From Anthoceros angustus (taxonomy: Eukaryota; Plantae; Anthocerotophyta): a DNA stretch of 64,000 bases. The notes under the pieces were generated by a model. That model was not told the DNA's origin, made no database searches, and was given only the letters and a program-made list of their open reading frames with translations. Location: assembly GCA_010909165.1 (NCBI GenBank), contig MU008161.1, forward strand, positions 682,001-746,000, given 5' to 3'. A program made the position numbers and the translations under genes. Positions 45,301-56,400 of the stretch are shown piece after piece; the stretch's first letter is position 1, and each line of letters begins with the position of its first letter.

Positions 45301-45594
45301 ATTGACAAGCAGATAAATGCGGCTCCTTGTGCTGCATGTGTTGATGAGCTCCTGGGCACTCTTCAGCTCCCTCTCTAACGACTCCAGCGCCAGCATCATA
45401 GGGGGAGTATCCTTCACAGTCTTGTCAGCTAGCTCCGCCAAGATGGGTCTTATCTTCTCCAAATACGAGGAGAGCTCATTGAAACTCTCCTTCTCAATAA
45501 GCACATCCTTCGCTGCCAGAATAGTCTGCGCAGCCTGCACCAGCACTCTAGCAAGCACCTCCGACACGGGAATGAGCAGCTCCCCGCGAAACAT
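42384..45594 (-). CDS. U-box/ARM E3 ligase, SAUL1/PUB43/44-like; exons 45594-44377, 44288-43988, 43888-42384
   Basis: FYCPITREVMEDPV, GKVQGCILLLV, NVVQMAEANHF, CEVHGGYC, ending SSYF*. Confidence 0.9.
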
Positions 45595-47801
45595 GGTGAC
45601 CCCGTTTTCCACACGCACTCAAACCACCATGAGCATCGACTTCACAATCCCCGGACCCTCCATCCTCCCAATTCCTCCTCCCGCAGAGGCAGAACGCGAT
45701 TCTAACCCGATACCCCAATACCAGCACGGGAATATTCACCTTCCTCCCGGCATACTACCATCACCGGCTCACATACGCGGCATCCCGGACCAGATCGGCA
45801 ACCTCCAGAGACTAACACGATGGCAGGACCTAACCTCACTCACCCCCATTCACTTGCGAGCCAGCGAGTTAGAGCTGGTCTTCATAAAGTCTTGCCTTCA
45901 CCATCCAGCGGGAATATGGAGGACACTCTTTCCGCATAGTCATAGACAAGCAGCCCACGCTGGTGGCAGGCAGCTTTCAGAAAGCCGGCAACGTTCCTGC
46001 TGCTGCTCCAAATCCAGCTCCTGCGAGATCCAGTCCGTTGGACCTGACGGGGCCCAGGCTCCTGCCACTCCCATTATTGCGAAGGGCCTGCCTGCAGCTC
46101 CACCGAGCACTCAGGTACCATGAAATCCTGAGACTCCGGGGCCCGGTTCCGGCAGCGGGCATCGCCAGCATCGGGCAATGCGCATCGCCTTCGCCACGAA
46201 GCTGCTGCCTGTGGAAGTGGACTGTCCCTTGTCTTGCGACCGGCCACCGTTGCCGCCGGTTTACGCCCGGAAAATTCTACCCACCTGCGCATTTCCAGCC
46301 CGTATGTGCATGCCAACTCTGAATGGAGAGAGAGTGCGTTTTCTTGACTGCTTCGGATTCAACGTCTCTTTCTCACCGCGGTTAACTTTACGACTCGCGT
46401 TTCGCGGCCCAGCTTTATCGGGCTCCCGAAGTCGCTACCGGACGTAGGCATAGATGCAACTTGCAACCTGCTTCGTTGCCTGACAAGTACTCTATTTCTC
46501 GCAGTGTAGGAGAGTCTGGGGATTTACAGTTGTCGCTGTAGGCGACACGTCTGTTACGTATGCATAGAAGTTTGATACCGAAATAAGATACTTGGAGGTC
46601 ATGCTAGGGGACATGGGAGCATCCTTCATACAACGGATATCGTGTGTTGCTCATCACTGCATTTTAGCTAGAGCTCATTGATATATAATCATCGGGTGTC
46701 CCAGCGTTTCGGACCCAGCCACAGGATCACATGGTGGTACAAAAAGGACTGCGACCAGATATCACGAAAGAGAGAATGACAGAAGGACAGAGGCCTTGAG
46801 ACTGTCGGAGATCTAACAATCTGCATTTCTACAAGAAGAACAACAGCTCAGCCACAGAGACAAAGACTGAAAGGCTCGAGAACAGGAGGAAGGACCAAGA
46901 AACGAGGCAACTTCCGCTGTCGCATGCGGGATCAGGTTCCAAGCCACATGCTTCATCCACAGCAGACCCTAGACAAACCAGAAAAACTCTCAGTCATGTA
47001 TGGGAGCCTGCTTCTTCAAAAATCGGTTGTAGCTCATCAGACACGGAGACCGCTTGCAGCTGTAGGGTATCACCCTGGACCCCAAGGTCAAGCTGACAGT
47101 ACGTTCTTCCCAGGCTCTCTGACCACCGCGCTGTCCTGATCTCGGAGGACCTGCTTGACGCCTTGACCTACAACTCCACGCATCAATCTTGCGACCGAAG
47201 GTTAACTACAAAGCCTGGTTATTTCCGTCGCAGCCACTCGAACCTAGCTCGCACAGCAGCTTGGTGCGGCGGGTAAGTACAGGACTGGGGCCAGGACAGC
47301 TGCAATCAAACCACGACGATTTTCGATCAGGGCAAGCCAGTCCATGCCGCATCTGAACGGCCACTGAGCCCTAGCCTTTTAGGGCTAGGCAAGCGGCTAG
47401 GTCAAGCAACCAAAAATGCATGTGCTCTCCTTCAAGATTACATTCCTTTCCAGATAAAGACCAGAAATTCCAATGACACTTGAGAAAATCCCAGAGCCAT
47501 GCCACGTGCTCCAGAGCCGCTGTTACTGGCAGCACGTCTTTGGAGTCGTCTGTTAAAATTTGGGCTCCGCTTGGGGGATGCGGTTTGCACCACTGGCCAT
47601 GGCTGGGATCACGCTCAACTCTGGATCCTTTTTGAGAACTGAGCACATCGAATTAAATGAGTTGTGTAACCATTTGATAGGAGTTGTTTGCAAAACAGAA
47701 AATGGAAGTCTGCCTCTTCCATTCTGGTGAGAAGATTGAGGGCTTGAGATTTGCTTGTTGCTGAATCTGGGAAGCCGTCAGATCTGCCACCATCTGCAAG
47801 G

Positions 47802-50792
47802 ATGGAATCGTCGCGGATTGACATTTCAGAGTTCGGTCCTCGTAAGGAGATCAAACGAGGCAACCGCAGGTCTACGTTCAACCAATCCATTTACGCTGGC
47901 GAGAAAGACAGATTGAAACAAGCCATCAAAGCTATTCAGCAAAAATCCTCCACAACTGTAGAAAGCCAAACAACACATGAGTCAGAGGTGTTTAGGCACA
48001 GCCCCAGGTTGTCAAAATCCGACCCTGGAAGCACAGAGGAAGGGGGTTCTGCATATGTGCAAGCTCTTATGGACTTGCAGCCTTTCTTCAACCTGCAGGC
48101 TGACAAGAACGAAATTGGGACTATGGACAAAGAGACCTTCATCTCCTCTTGCCAGAAAGTGAGATTGCTTGCTGCCAAGATGACCGAACCGGATATGGGC
48201 CACCTGTTTATGAAGGTTGATGTAGACAGCGCGGGCACCATAGACTGGGACAAATTCACAAGTTTCATCTTGACTCAACAGCTCGCAAGGGAAGGGTTAC
48301 CTGGGACCAATGCCACATTTGTGAAAGTGAGCAGAACACCTGGTGTGTCGACAGAGCTTGAAGCTTTTCAGGCTCAGAAGGACCTGGAAGCCAATGAGTT
48401 CGGCAAGAAAGAGTCGAAAGCAAAAGGATTGACAATCGGCAACATCGATTCCTTCGGCCGCCCGGCAAACATGGTGGAGAGGATCTGTTATGTCAGCACT
48501 CTGGATGCATATGTCACGGCTACGCAAGTGGGCACCTTGAAAATCTGGCAAGGAGATCAGCTGAAGCCCATGCGATCCATACAGAACGGAAACAATGCAT
48601 GGGTGACAGACATTGTCGCCATGGCCCAGCAGCCACTCGCAGCCTTTGCTTTGGACAGGAGCATTACCTTCTATGACACTGGAAGAATGTCTCTTGACGT
48701 CTTAGGTCGGATTGAGAGGTTGGACAATGCCCCAATGTGTGGCACGTGGCTAAGAGTGGCCGAGAATGACAAACTGCTGTACGGGGACGACCTGGGGAAC
48801 GTCCACATTTTCAACTTCTCTGATGAATGGGGTGGAGAACACCTGCAAGATGGGATCACCGCAACCAACGACCTCTTACCAGGAATGCTGGAACTCCCAC
48901 TGTGGGAAGTGCACTCGGACTGGGTCACCAAAATCGTCTTCTTGCCTCATGCTGTGTCTCTGCTCACCTCGTCCATGGACAACAACCTTATGATGCTAGA
49001 CCTGGAAAAGCGGGTGACTAAATGGTCGGCAGTGGAGCACCAGAACGGCATTTTTGGTTGCTCATACTGTAGAAGCTATAACTTCATTGTGACCTGCGGC
49101 TTGGAAAGGTATGTGAACATCTGGAACCCCTTCACAGCCAAGATCATGGGCAAGCTGGAGGGGCATCAATCGTCGGTGCTGGATGTTGCAGTGAACGAGA
49201 AGGACAACCAGATAGTGAGCGTAGGAGCAGACCACGAGGTGAAGGTGTGGGACATGAGGAGCAACAGGTGCCTACAGACCATTTCCAAGAAACCCCTGGA
49301 ATCCTCCAACAAGTATGCCATCCTGTATGAAAACACGCAAGACTCTCTCCTCATAGGAGCTGAGTCGCTTGAGATGTGGCAAAAGAGACCTGCAAGAGAG
49401 TCCAGGGTTCTCAGAACTTGCACAGCACTTTACACCGCAAAGCTTCGTCAAGTGGTGGTTGGTGATGTCAGCTTCTTGGTATCTGTTTGGAGCCTGGACA
49501 CGGGAGTTGAAGTATTCACCTTCTCAGACAAGCACCGAGACACCAAAATCTCTGCCATGTGCTTCGACGTCTCTGAGAGGAGGGTTCTCATCGGCGGACA
49601 AGACGGCAGCCTCCGCATGTGGAACTACAACAACGGGCAGTGCCTCAAGGACTTCCGAGGCTTCGGCAAGGCAGAGGTGAGCGGTGTCTCCTGCTTGGAA
49701 GAGGGCAGAGTCCACTACGCTGCGGCTGCTGGCTGGAATGGCAAGGTCTGCATCTGGGTGGAAAGTGGGAAGGAGCATGAGGCCCTGGATCGATCCATGG
49801 TAGGCCATTCCGATGACGTCCTCTGCGTCACCTTCTGCGCCCCCAACACCCTAGCCACTGCCGGCTTCGACGGCAAGATCATGTTATGGAAGTTCGACGG
49901 CACAGTGAAGAGCATACTCCGCACCCCTCCTCCCAGAGATGGCAACCAGGGACCCATAACCATCACCAGCCTCATCTTCCTCTTCCAGATGGACAAGATC
50001 CTCGTCTCCGCCATAGCCAACGGCTACATCTACATCTGGCGCATCGCAGAGTCCACCTTGACACACGAGATCTGCACTGGCCATCTCTCGCCCCTAGGCC
50101 CTATTTGCGTTGACATGGCAGAGAGGATCTTGTTCACCTGTGAAAAGAAGGGCTATGTCAAAGCATGGGACCTCAAGCTGGTCAACCTGAAGGAGAGGGC
50201 GTCAGCAGGTTCCAGTGACATCCCCCAGGTCCTGCACTTCCGAGCCCACACTGACAAGCTGGTGAGCATGGCCTTCATCGACGGAGACAGGCTGCTCTTG
50301 ACTGCCTCCTTCTCCGGAAACACCCGCCTTTGGACTGCTGCCGGGGTGAAGATCGGGGAGTTCGGGCAGCCATCACCATGGAGTCTGAAGCTGGCAGAGC
50401 CCTCCGAGGCAGTTGGAAAGAAGATTGAACTTGCAAAGAAGCCTGAAGGAGAAAACAGCGAGGAACTGGATGACGATGGAGCAGGCATCAGTGAGCAGCA
50501 GATGCAGATGGCACTGGAGGCAGCAGGTTTGTACCATCCGGACGAAGTACCTGTTCGGCTGGAAGACAAAGTGCTTGCCGTTCTAGCCATAGGCCCCCCA
50601 CACCTCAGACTGCAGCCGTGGTATGCTCCACTTTGTATACCAGTCAACTTCACCATACCCACCAAGGACTTTTCCAGAATTCTTCCTGTTGTACCCCCGT
50701 CCCTCTCAAATCCTTCAAACGAGAAGTTTGTGAAATTGGTCAATGACCGGAACGCACGTACCATAAAAAAACTGCACAGGCAAACCAGTTAA
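47802..50792 (+). CDS. EF-hand plus WD40 protein, WDR49/CFAP337/WDY-like, intronless
   Basis: LFMKVDVDSAGTIDWDKF EF-hand-like motif followed by many WD repeats (GHQSSVLDV...VKVWD, GHSDDVLCV). Confidence 0.75.
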   Translation: MESSRIDISEFGPRKEIKRGNRRSTFNQSIYAGEKDRLKQAIKAIQQKSSTTVESQTTHESEVFRHSPRLSKSDPGSTEEGGSAYVQALMDLQPFFNLQADKNEIGTMDKETFISSCQKVRLLAAKMTEPDMGHLFMKVDVDSAGTIDWDKFTSFILTQQLAREGLPGTNATFVKVSRTPGVSTELEAFQAQKDLEANEFGKKESKAKGLTIGNIDSFGRPANMVERICYVSTLDAYVTATQVGTLKIWQGDQLKPMRSIQNGNNAWVTDIVAMAQQPLAAFALDRSITFYDTGRMSLDVLGRIERLDNAPMCGTWLRVAENDKLLYGDDLGNVHIFNFSDEWGGEHLQDGITATNDLLPGMLELPLWEVHSDWVTKIVFLPHAVSLLTSSMDNNLMMLDLEKRVTKWSAVEHQNGIFGCSYCRSYNFIVTCGLERYVNIWNPFTAKIMGKLEGHQSSVLDVAVNEKDNQIVSVGADHEVKVWDMRSNRCLQTISKKPLESSNKYAILYENTQDSLLIGAESLEMWQKRPARESRVLRTCTALYTAKLRQVVVGDVSFLVSVWSLDTGVEVFTFSDKHRDTKISAMCFDVSERRVLIGGQDGSLRMWNYNNGQCLKDFRGFGKAEVSGVSCLEEGRVHYAAAAGWNGKVCIWVESGKEHEALDRSMVGHSDDVLCVTFCAPNTLATAGFDGKIMLWKFDGTVKSILRTPPPRDGNQGPITITSLIFLFQMDKILVSAIANGYIYIWRIAESTLTHEICTGHLSPLGPICVDMAERILFTCEKKGYVKAWDLKLVNLKERASAGSSDIPQVLHFRAHTDKLVSMAFIDGDRLLLTASFSGNTRLWTAAGVKIGEFGQPSPWSLKLAEPSEAVGKKIELAKKPEGENSEELDDDGAGISEQQMQMALEAAGLYHPDEVPVRLEDKVLAVLAIGPPHLRLQPWYAPLCIPVNFTIPTKDFSRILPVVPPSLSNPSNEKFVKLVNDRNARTIKKLHRQTS

Positions 50793-51199
50793 CTTACTTG
50801 AACGAGAGGACAGCTTCTAAGTTCTCGGCAGGAAGGAGTCAGAGTCTTGCGGCAGTCAAGACGCCATTGGAATGTTCCCCAAGCATTTCTTCTGCCACCT
50901 GTAAAGCTGGCCCAATGCATGCGTTGCAAGCAGATGCATGGGCGGAACAATGGAAGCCCGTGCGAAGACGTTTGCAGAAAGGCACTAGGGGAGGGTAGGC
51001 TGGAGAAAGGCCCTTCATCACATTCTCATAACATACTGCCTTCGGCCTTCCATCGAAGCTGCCGATGTCAAGCTCTGGATTGATGTCAACCTGAAAGTTG
51101 GTGATCTGGATGGGAACAGGAGGACTGGCTGCGGGAACAGCCCCCGGCAACCGGGCTCCCTCCCTTGAGACGAACTTGCAGACGATTCAGGTCAGACTG

Positions 51200-51379
51200 A
51201 TAGCTGATTACCTGCAGCCGGGAGGCACACCAACGCCTCACATTCCTCGAGTTCATAATATGCAAATGGACGGTATATAGGGCACATACCAGTATGGGAT
51301 AGCCAGCTTCTCGCTGTGCCTAACAAAGATCGTCATCAGATATGTCTGCAGGTGACGGGTATTTAACGTATGAAAATCC
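51200..51379 (-). pseudogene. Eroded DYW deaminase domain downstream of the PPR3 stop codon
   Basis: DISDDDLC in the PPR frame, then HSEKLAI (51298-51318) shifted out of frame by an indel. Confidence 0.7.
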
Positions 51380-54300
51380 CTACTCCAGCCTCGCTTCATA
51401 CTTCTCATTTCCAACCAAAAAGCTATGCACCACGCCGTCATTGTCTGTCCACCAGGTCTGACCTGGCTGCTTCCAGGCCCTGAATCTTATTCTCCATGCC
51501 TGCATATGGTGTGCCTTCTCCCACATCTGGGCACTGGTGTATATGTTCGACATCAACAAGTATGCTGCAGAATCTTTTTTGTCCAGCTTCAGTGCCTCAT
51601 TGAAAGCATGGCGTCCCACCTCCACGTTGCTCCACTTTTGACAAGCACCCAGGAGAGTATGCCAAACTGCCGCATTAGGTAGTATAGTCATTGTCTTCAC
51701 TAAAGCTAGTGCCTCCTCCAGCTGTCCTGCACGGCCCAGGAGATCCACCATGCATGTGCAGTGGTCCGCCGTGGGAGTGATGCCATATTGTTTGCACATA
51801 GACTCAAAGTACTCTCGGCCCTCGTTCACGTGACCCGCATGACTACATACTGTTAGTACACTGAGAAATGTGACGCCATCTGGCTGTATCCCATCCTCTC
51901 TCATTCTGTGGACCAAGTCAAAGACCACTTCACTGTCCCCTTGACAGGAGTAGCCTGCAATCAGTGCACTCCAGGTGAACACATCTCTTTTGGGCAACGT
52001 GTCAAACACCTGTTGTGCATCAACCATGCTCCCAGACTTCCCGTACATGTTGATCAAACTGCCGGCTACACACATATCAGCTTGACGCCCTTGTTCTACA
52101 ATATGCGCATGTAGCTGCCTGCCCACGTACAAAGCTGCCACATTCGCACATGCCTGGAGGAGGCACACAAATGTCACGGAATCAGGTACGGCCATGTCTT
52201 CTTGCATGGCAGCGTAAAGACGAAGTGCTTCTTGCCCCATGCCCTGCTGGGAATATCCAGCTATCATGGCGTTCCATGTCACGACATTTTTCGGACCAAT
52301 TCCATCAAACACTCTCTGTGCATCGTCCAAGCTGCCACACTTTGCATACATGTTTACCAAACTGCTGGCTACAAACTTATCAGATTCAAGTCCTTGTTCT
52401 CTAATCTGTGAATGAAGCTGCTTCCCCTTCTCCAATGCCGGAGTGCCCACACTTGTGCATGCCTGCAGGAGGCACACCATTGTCACAGAATCGGGCATGA
52501 GAGTGCCTTCTTCTTGCATAGCACTGTAAATGCGAAGGGCTTCCTGGCCCATGCCCTGCTGGGAATATCCTGCTATCAAGGCATTCCATGTCACCACATC
52601 TTTGTCACCAAGCCCATCAAAGACTCTCTGCGCGTCTTCCAGGCTGCCACACTTTGCATACATGTTCACCAAGCTGCTGGCTACAAACACATCAGCTGCA
52701 TAGCCTCGTTCTTTGATCTGGCAATGGAGCTGCCTTCCCTTCTCCAAAGCTGGGGCACCCACAGTTGCACATGCTTGCAACAGGCACACAAATGTCACAG
52801 AATCAGGTACAGCAAAGCCTTCTTCTTGCATAGCCGTATAGAGACGAAGGCCTTGCTGGCCCATGCCCTGCTGGGAATATCCTGCTATCATGGCATTCCA
52901 AGTCACCACATCTTTTTGAGCAAGTCCGTCAAACACTCTCTGAGCATCCTCCAAGCTGCCACACTTTGCATACATATTTACCAAGCTGTTGGCTACAAAC
53001 ACGTCAGCTTGGTGCCCACGTTCTCGAATTTGCGCATGGAGCTGTTTCCCCTTCTCGAGAGCTGGGGTGCCCACACTTGCGCATGCCTGCAGCAGACACA
53101 CAAATGTCAGGGACCCAGGAACAACCATGCCTTCTTCTTGCATAGCACAATAAAGACGAAGGGCTTCTTGCCCCATGCCCTGCTGCGAATATCCTGCTAT
53201 TAAAGCATTCCAAGTCACCACATCTTTTTTTCCAAGCTCATCAAACACTCTCTGCGCATCTTTCAAGCTGCCACACTTTGCATACATGTTCACCAAACTG
53301 TTGGCTACGAACACATCGGCTTGGTGACCTTGTTCTGTAATTAGTCCATGAAGCTCTTTTCCCTTCTCTAGTGCTGGGGTGCCCACACTTGCACATGCCT
53401 GCAGAAGGCACACAAATGTCACGGAATCGGGTACAACCATACCTTCTTCTTGCATAGCACTATACAGACGAAGCGCTTCCTGCCCCTTGCCCTGCTGAGC
53501 AAACCCTGCTAGCAGAGCAGTCCACGTCACCACATCTTTCTGACCAAGTCCATCAAACACTCTCTGAGCGTCTTCCAGGCTCCCACACTTTGCATACATG
53601 TCCACCAGGCAATTACAGACAAACAAATCAGGCTCAACTCCACTGGCCAACACATCAGCATGCACCTCCTGCCCAGTCCTCAAGTCTGCTCCCCTTGCAC
53701 AAGCCTGAAGGGCTGCCACAAAGACATGGCAATCCGGCTTCACACTGGACCTCCGCATTCGACGATACAGTTCTATAGCCTGCTTATCCTGCCCTTGCTT
53801 AACATGCGCAGATATAATGGAAAACCACATGAAGGAATCTGGTTCAGCAACCCCTTCAAACACATCCACGGCGTCTTGCAACCTGCCAAGGGAAGAATAC
53901 ATTCGCAGAACGTGGTTGCACAGGAACGTGTCCGATCCATACCCGTTCTCCACCACAAAAACATGGACGCGGCTACCCATAACCAGATCCTTCTTCTCCA
54001 CACATTTCTTCAGCACAGCGTAAAGCAGAGACTTGGAAACACAATAGTCCCTCTCCACCAAAACGTCCAAAGCTGCGACAGCGTCATTCAGATGGCCCTC
54101 ATGACATAGCCGTCTCACGGTTTCAGCCGTTACGCCCCTCTCGTCACCTACAGGCCTCCGAGCGTCAGTGTCACCTGGTAAGCTCCTGCCAGTGGCACAG
54201 GTACTCCTCCCCATATCCGGAGCAGCAAGCTGCCCATCCACCCAAGCTGGGTTGCGGCACTTGTCCTCCTGGGACTGCCTCCGCCCGAACCTCTCAGGCG

Positions 54301-54523
54301 AACGGATGCCCTTCTCATCTTGCCTGGTACCCATCAGCCCCCACAAGCTCTCCTGGCCACGACCTTGGCTGGACGATCCGTCTCCAGCAAGACATCCTCT
54401 TGGACCGGCTGTCTTTCTTTCGGAGGTGCTGCATCTCCCGACTTGGCTGTACCCCAACGGCTGGCTCCTCCCAGCCAGGCGAAAGGAGGCTCTTCTCAAA
54501 AAACCCGCAAAAGCATAGCTCAT
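51380..54523 (-). CDS. PLS-class PPR protein (PPR3) with E1/E2 and WW-type box
   Basis: 1047-codon intronless ORF ending WKQPGQTWWTD...HSFLVGNEKYEARLE*. Confidence 0.93.
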   Translation of the reverse strand: MSYAFAGFLRRASFRLAGRSQPLGYSQVGRCSTSERKTAGPRGCLAGDGSSSQGRGQESLWGLMGTRQDEKGIRSPERFGRRQSQEDKCRNPAWVDGQLAAPDMGRSTCATGRSLPGDTDARRPVGDERGVTAETVRRLCHEGHLNDAVAALDVLVERDYCVSKSLLYAVLKKCVEKKDLVMGSRVHVFVVENGYGSDTFLCNHVLRMYSSLGRLQDAVDVFEGVAEPDSFMWFSIISAHVKQGQDKQAIELYRRMRRSSVKPDCHVFVAALQACARGADLRTGQEVHADVLASGVEPDLFVCNCLVDMYAKCGSLEDAQRVFDGLGQKDVVTWTALLAGFAQQGKGQEALRLYSAMQEEGMVVPDSVTFVCLLQACASVGTPALEKGKELHGLITEQGHQADVFVANSLVNMYAKCGSLKDAQRVFDELGKKDVVTWNALIAGYSQQGMGQEALRLYCAMQEEGMVVPGSLTFVCLLQACASVGTPALEKGKQLHAQIRERGHQADVFVANSLVNMYAKCGSLEDAQRVFDGLAQKDVVTWNAMIAGYSQQGMGQQGLRLYTAMQEEGFAVPDSVTFVCLLQACATVGAPALEKGRQLHCQIKERGYAADVFVASSLVNMYAKCGSLEDAQRVFDGLGDKDVVTWNALIAGYSQQGMGQEALRIYSAMQEEGTLMPDSVTMVCLLQACTSVGTPALEKGKQLHSQIREQGLESDKFVASSLVNMYAKCGSLDDAQRVFDGIGPKNVVTWNAMIAGYSQQGMGQEALRLYAAMQEDMAVPDSVTFVCLLQACANVAALYVGRQLHAHIVEQGRQADMCVAGSLINMYGKSGSMVDAQQVFDTLPKRDVFTWSALIAGYSCQGDSEVVFDLVHRMREDGIQPDGVTFLSVLTVCSHAGHVNEGREYFESMCKQYGITPTADHCTCMVDLLGRAGQLEEALALVKTMTILPNAAVWHTLLGACQKWSNVEVGRHAFNEALKLDKKDSAAYLLMSNIYTSAQMWEKAHHMQAWRIRFRAWKQPGQTWWTDNDGVVHSFLVGNEKYEARLE

Positions 54524-54623
54524 GTCTCGGAGGAGCAGGCTGGATGGAGACCCGGTCTTGGCGACCTGTTAGGTCTGAAAGCGAAACATCCATGAGAGCG
54601 TGAAGGGTAGGATCCGGGAGATC

Positions 54624-55109
54624 ATGGGGCCGCACCCGGCGCAGACGTCGCCTCACGCATCGCTGGCGGCGCTGGTAGCGAAGCGGGAGAAGCTGCAGGA
54701 GGAGCTGCGGGCAGTGGAAAAGCAGGTGTTCGATCTCGAGACGAGCTACCTGCTGGACTCGTCGCATTTGGGCAACGTGCTCAAAGGCTTCGACGGCTTC
54801 CTCTCATCGACCAAGGCCTCCGCCAACCTGAAGCGCAACCGGAAGTTCCAGGCGGAAGATCGTCTCTTCTCGCTCTCCTCTGTGACGGCACCCACAGGAG
54901 AGGAGTATCAGGGAGGCCGAGGGGACGGGGCTTTGGCGGACGGGCTTCCACGGAGCAAGTCTGCCAGCCTGCAGTCAGTGTCAAGCCTTGGGAAGCAGAA
55001 GCGTGGAAGGACTGCCGGGCCCCGTGATGGCAAGCGCATGAAGCAGGCAAATGAGCTGGACCTGGAGGACGATGACGTTGGGGAACCCATGGCACGGCAG
55101 CTTGGGTGA
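54624..55109 (+). CDS. EAF6: NuA4 histone acetyltransferase subunit EAF6/MEAF6, intronless
   Basis: EKQVFDLETSYL...GNVLKGFDGFL...DRLFSLSSVT. Confidence 0.9.
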   Translation: MGPHPAQTSPHASLAALVAKREKLQEELRAVEKQVFDLETSYLLDSSHLGNVLKGFDGFLSSTKASANLKRNRKFQAEDRLFSLSSVTAPTGEEYQGGRGDGALADGLPRSKSASLQSVSSLGKQKRGRTAGPRDGKRMKQANELDLEDDDVGEPMARQLG

Positions 55110-55241
55110 TGGAACTGTCCACCTGGAGTGAAGATATGCGCTTTCCGTGTTGAGCAGATTGGGAGTTCGTTCAAGTTGCTGCAGAGGTTTCATCTTTGTA
55201 AAAGGTTTGCATTTGTGTTTTTTCTCTAGGGGCAGAAAAGC

Positions 55242-55739
55242 ATGATCAGGCCTCGCTCGGTTCTGAGAAAGGTGGTCAACTATGTTCGGCATGATCTCCG
55301 TGAGATTGTGTTCCCTTCTTCACTGCCTGACCCGCCTGAGAGGCAGGCGAAGCTCAAGAGGAAGCTCACTTGGAAGGAGCACCTGTGGGTGTGGAGGATG
55401 AGTGTTAAGCTGTATGTGGAGTCCTGGAGGGGTGACTCTTTGAGTTTCCTGGACGATGAAAAAGACAAACACGCCGGCAGGAGAAGGGGCAGAGAGGGAG
55501 GATGCCAAACGGGAACCTACGGTGGTGGAGGAGGTTGCATTAGCAGCTAGATTAGGGGCAGAGAATGTGAAGCCTGCACTTCAACGCATATATCTCACCA
55601 GAGCAAAGGCTTACAAGGATGCTTTAAGTAGTTTTGTACAGGGTTATCAAGAGGAGTAACAGAGGTGATGGGTGAGAAGGATCCCAAGGTGGAGGCTCAG
55701 AGGACTACCGGATCGGAGAATCCTCAGAACACGAACTGA
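55242..55739 (+). pseudogene. EMB2735-like gene copy 1, frameshifted (real or sequencing error)
   Basis: Same sequence as copy 2 with three 1-nt deletions inside the CDS. Confidence 0.7.
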
Positions 55740-56400
55740 GCCACAAAGTTTGGAAATATCTTGTTCCATCCTGGGTTGCACTTACCAGATTACATGTATG
55801 TACATTACAGAGGTCCTGTAATGTAGGACTCTTGAATGAAACGTTCAAATACTTGGGCCCCAATCTTCCCTCTACGTTCGTTGTGATTGTTGGCATCTCA
55901 TCAGTAGTTCTGCTCTGGTTACGCGATCATGGGTGCAATCTGCGAGCAGAGATGATCGCGCTGCCCCACAGGTGTAGCATGACCTATGTGAGTGTACGTA
56001 TTAGGGTTACTCTCTGCACGTCTGAGAAGAGGGCAGTTGCTCTGCTGGAGCCTTACATGGCCTAGGCCTTATTAGCTGTCTGCACTTTCAGGTCGCACTC
56101 TGGGTGGACACATGTTCCTACTCATACCCGCGGACTCGAGTCGTGATAGTTGTCTCATCGAAAGTGACGCGTTGTGGGGCCGGTGAATCGGCCCTACAGG
56201 CAGACTCACAATTCGAGGGCCATTTGGACACGTTACCTGTTCAATGTGCGGCACGGCAGCTTGGGTGATGGAACTGTCCACCTGGAGTGAAGATATGCGC
56301 TTTCCGTGTTGAGCAGATTGGGAGTTCGTTCAAGTTGCTGCAGAGGTTTCATCTTTGTAAAAGGTTTGCATTTGTGTTTTTTCTCTAGGGGCAGAAAAGC

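Noticed and set aside
46450-47750. Possible gene or ncRNA between the PUB and WD40 genes
   Set aside because: Only short ORFs with no motifs and no convincing structure.
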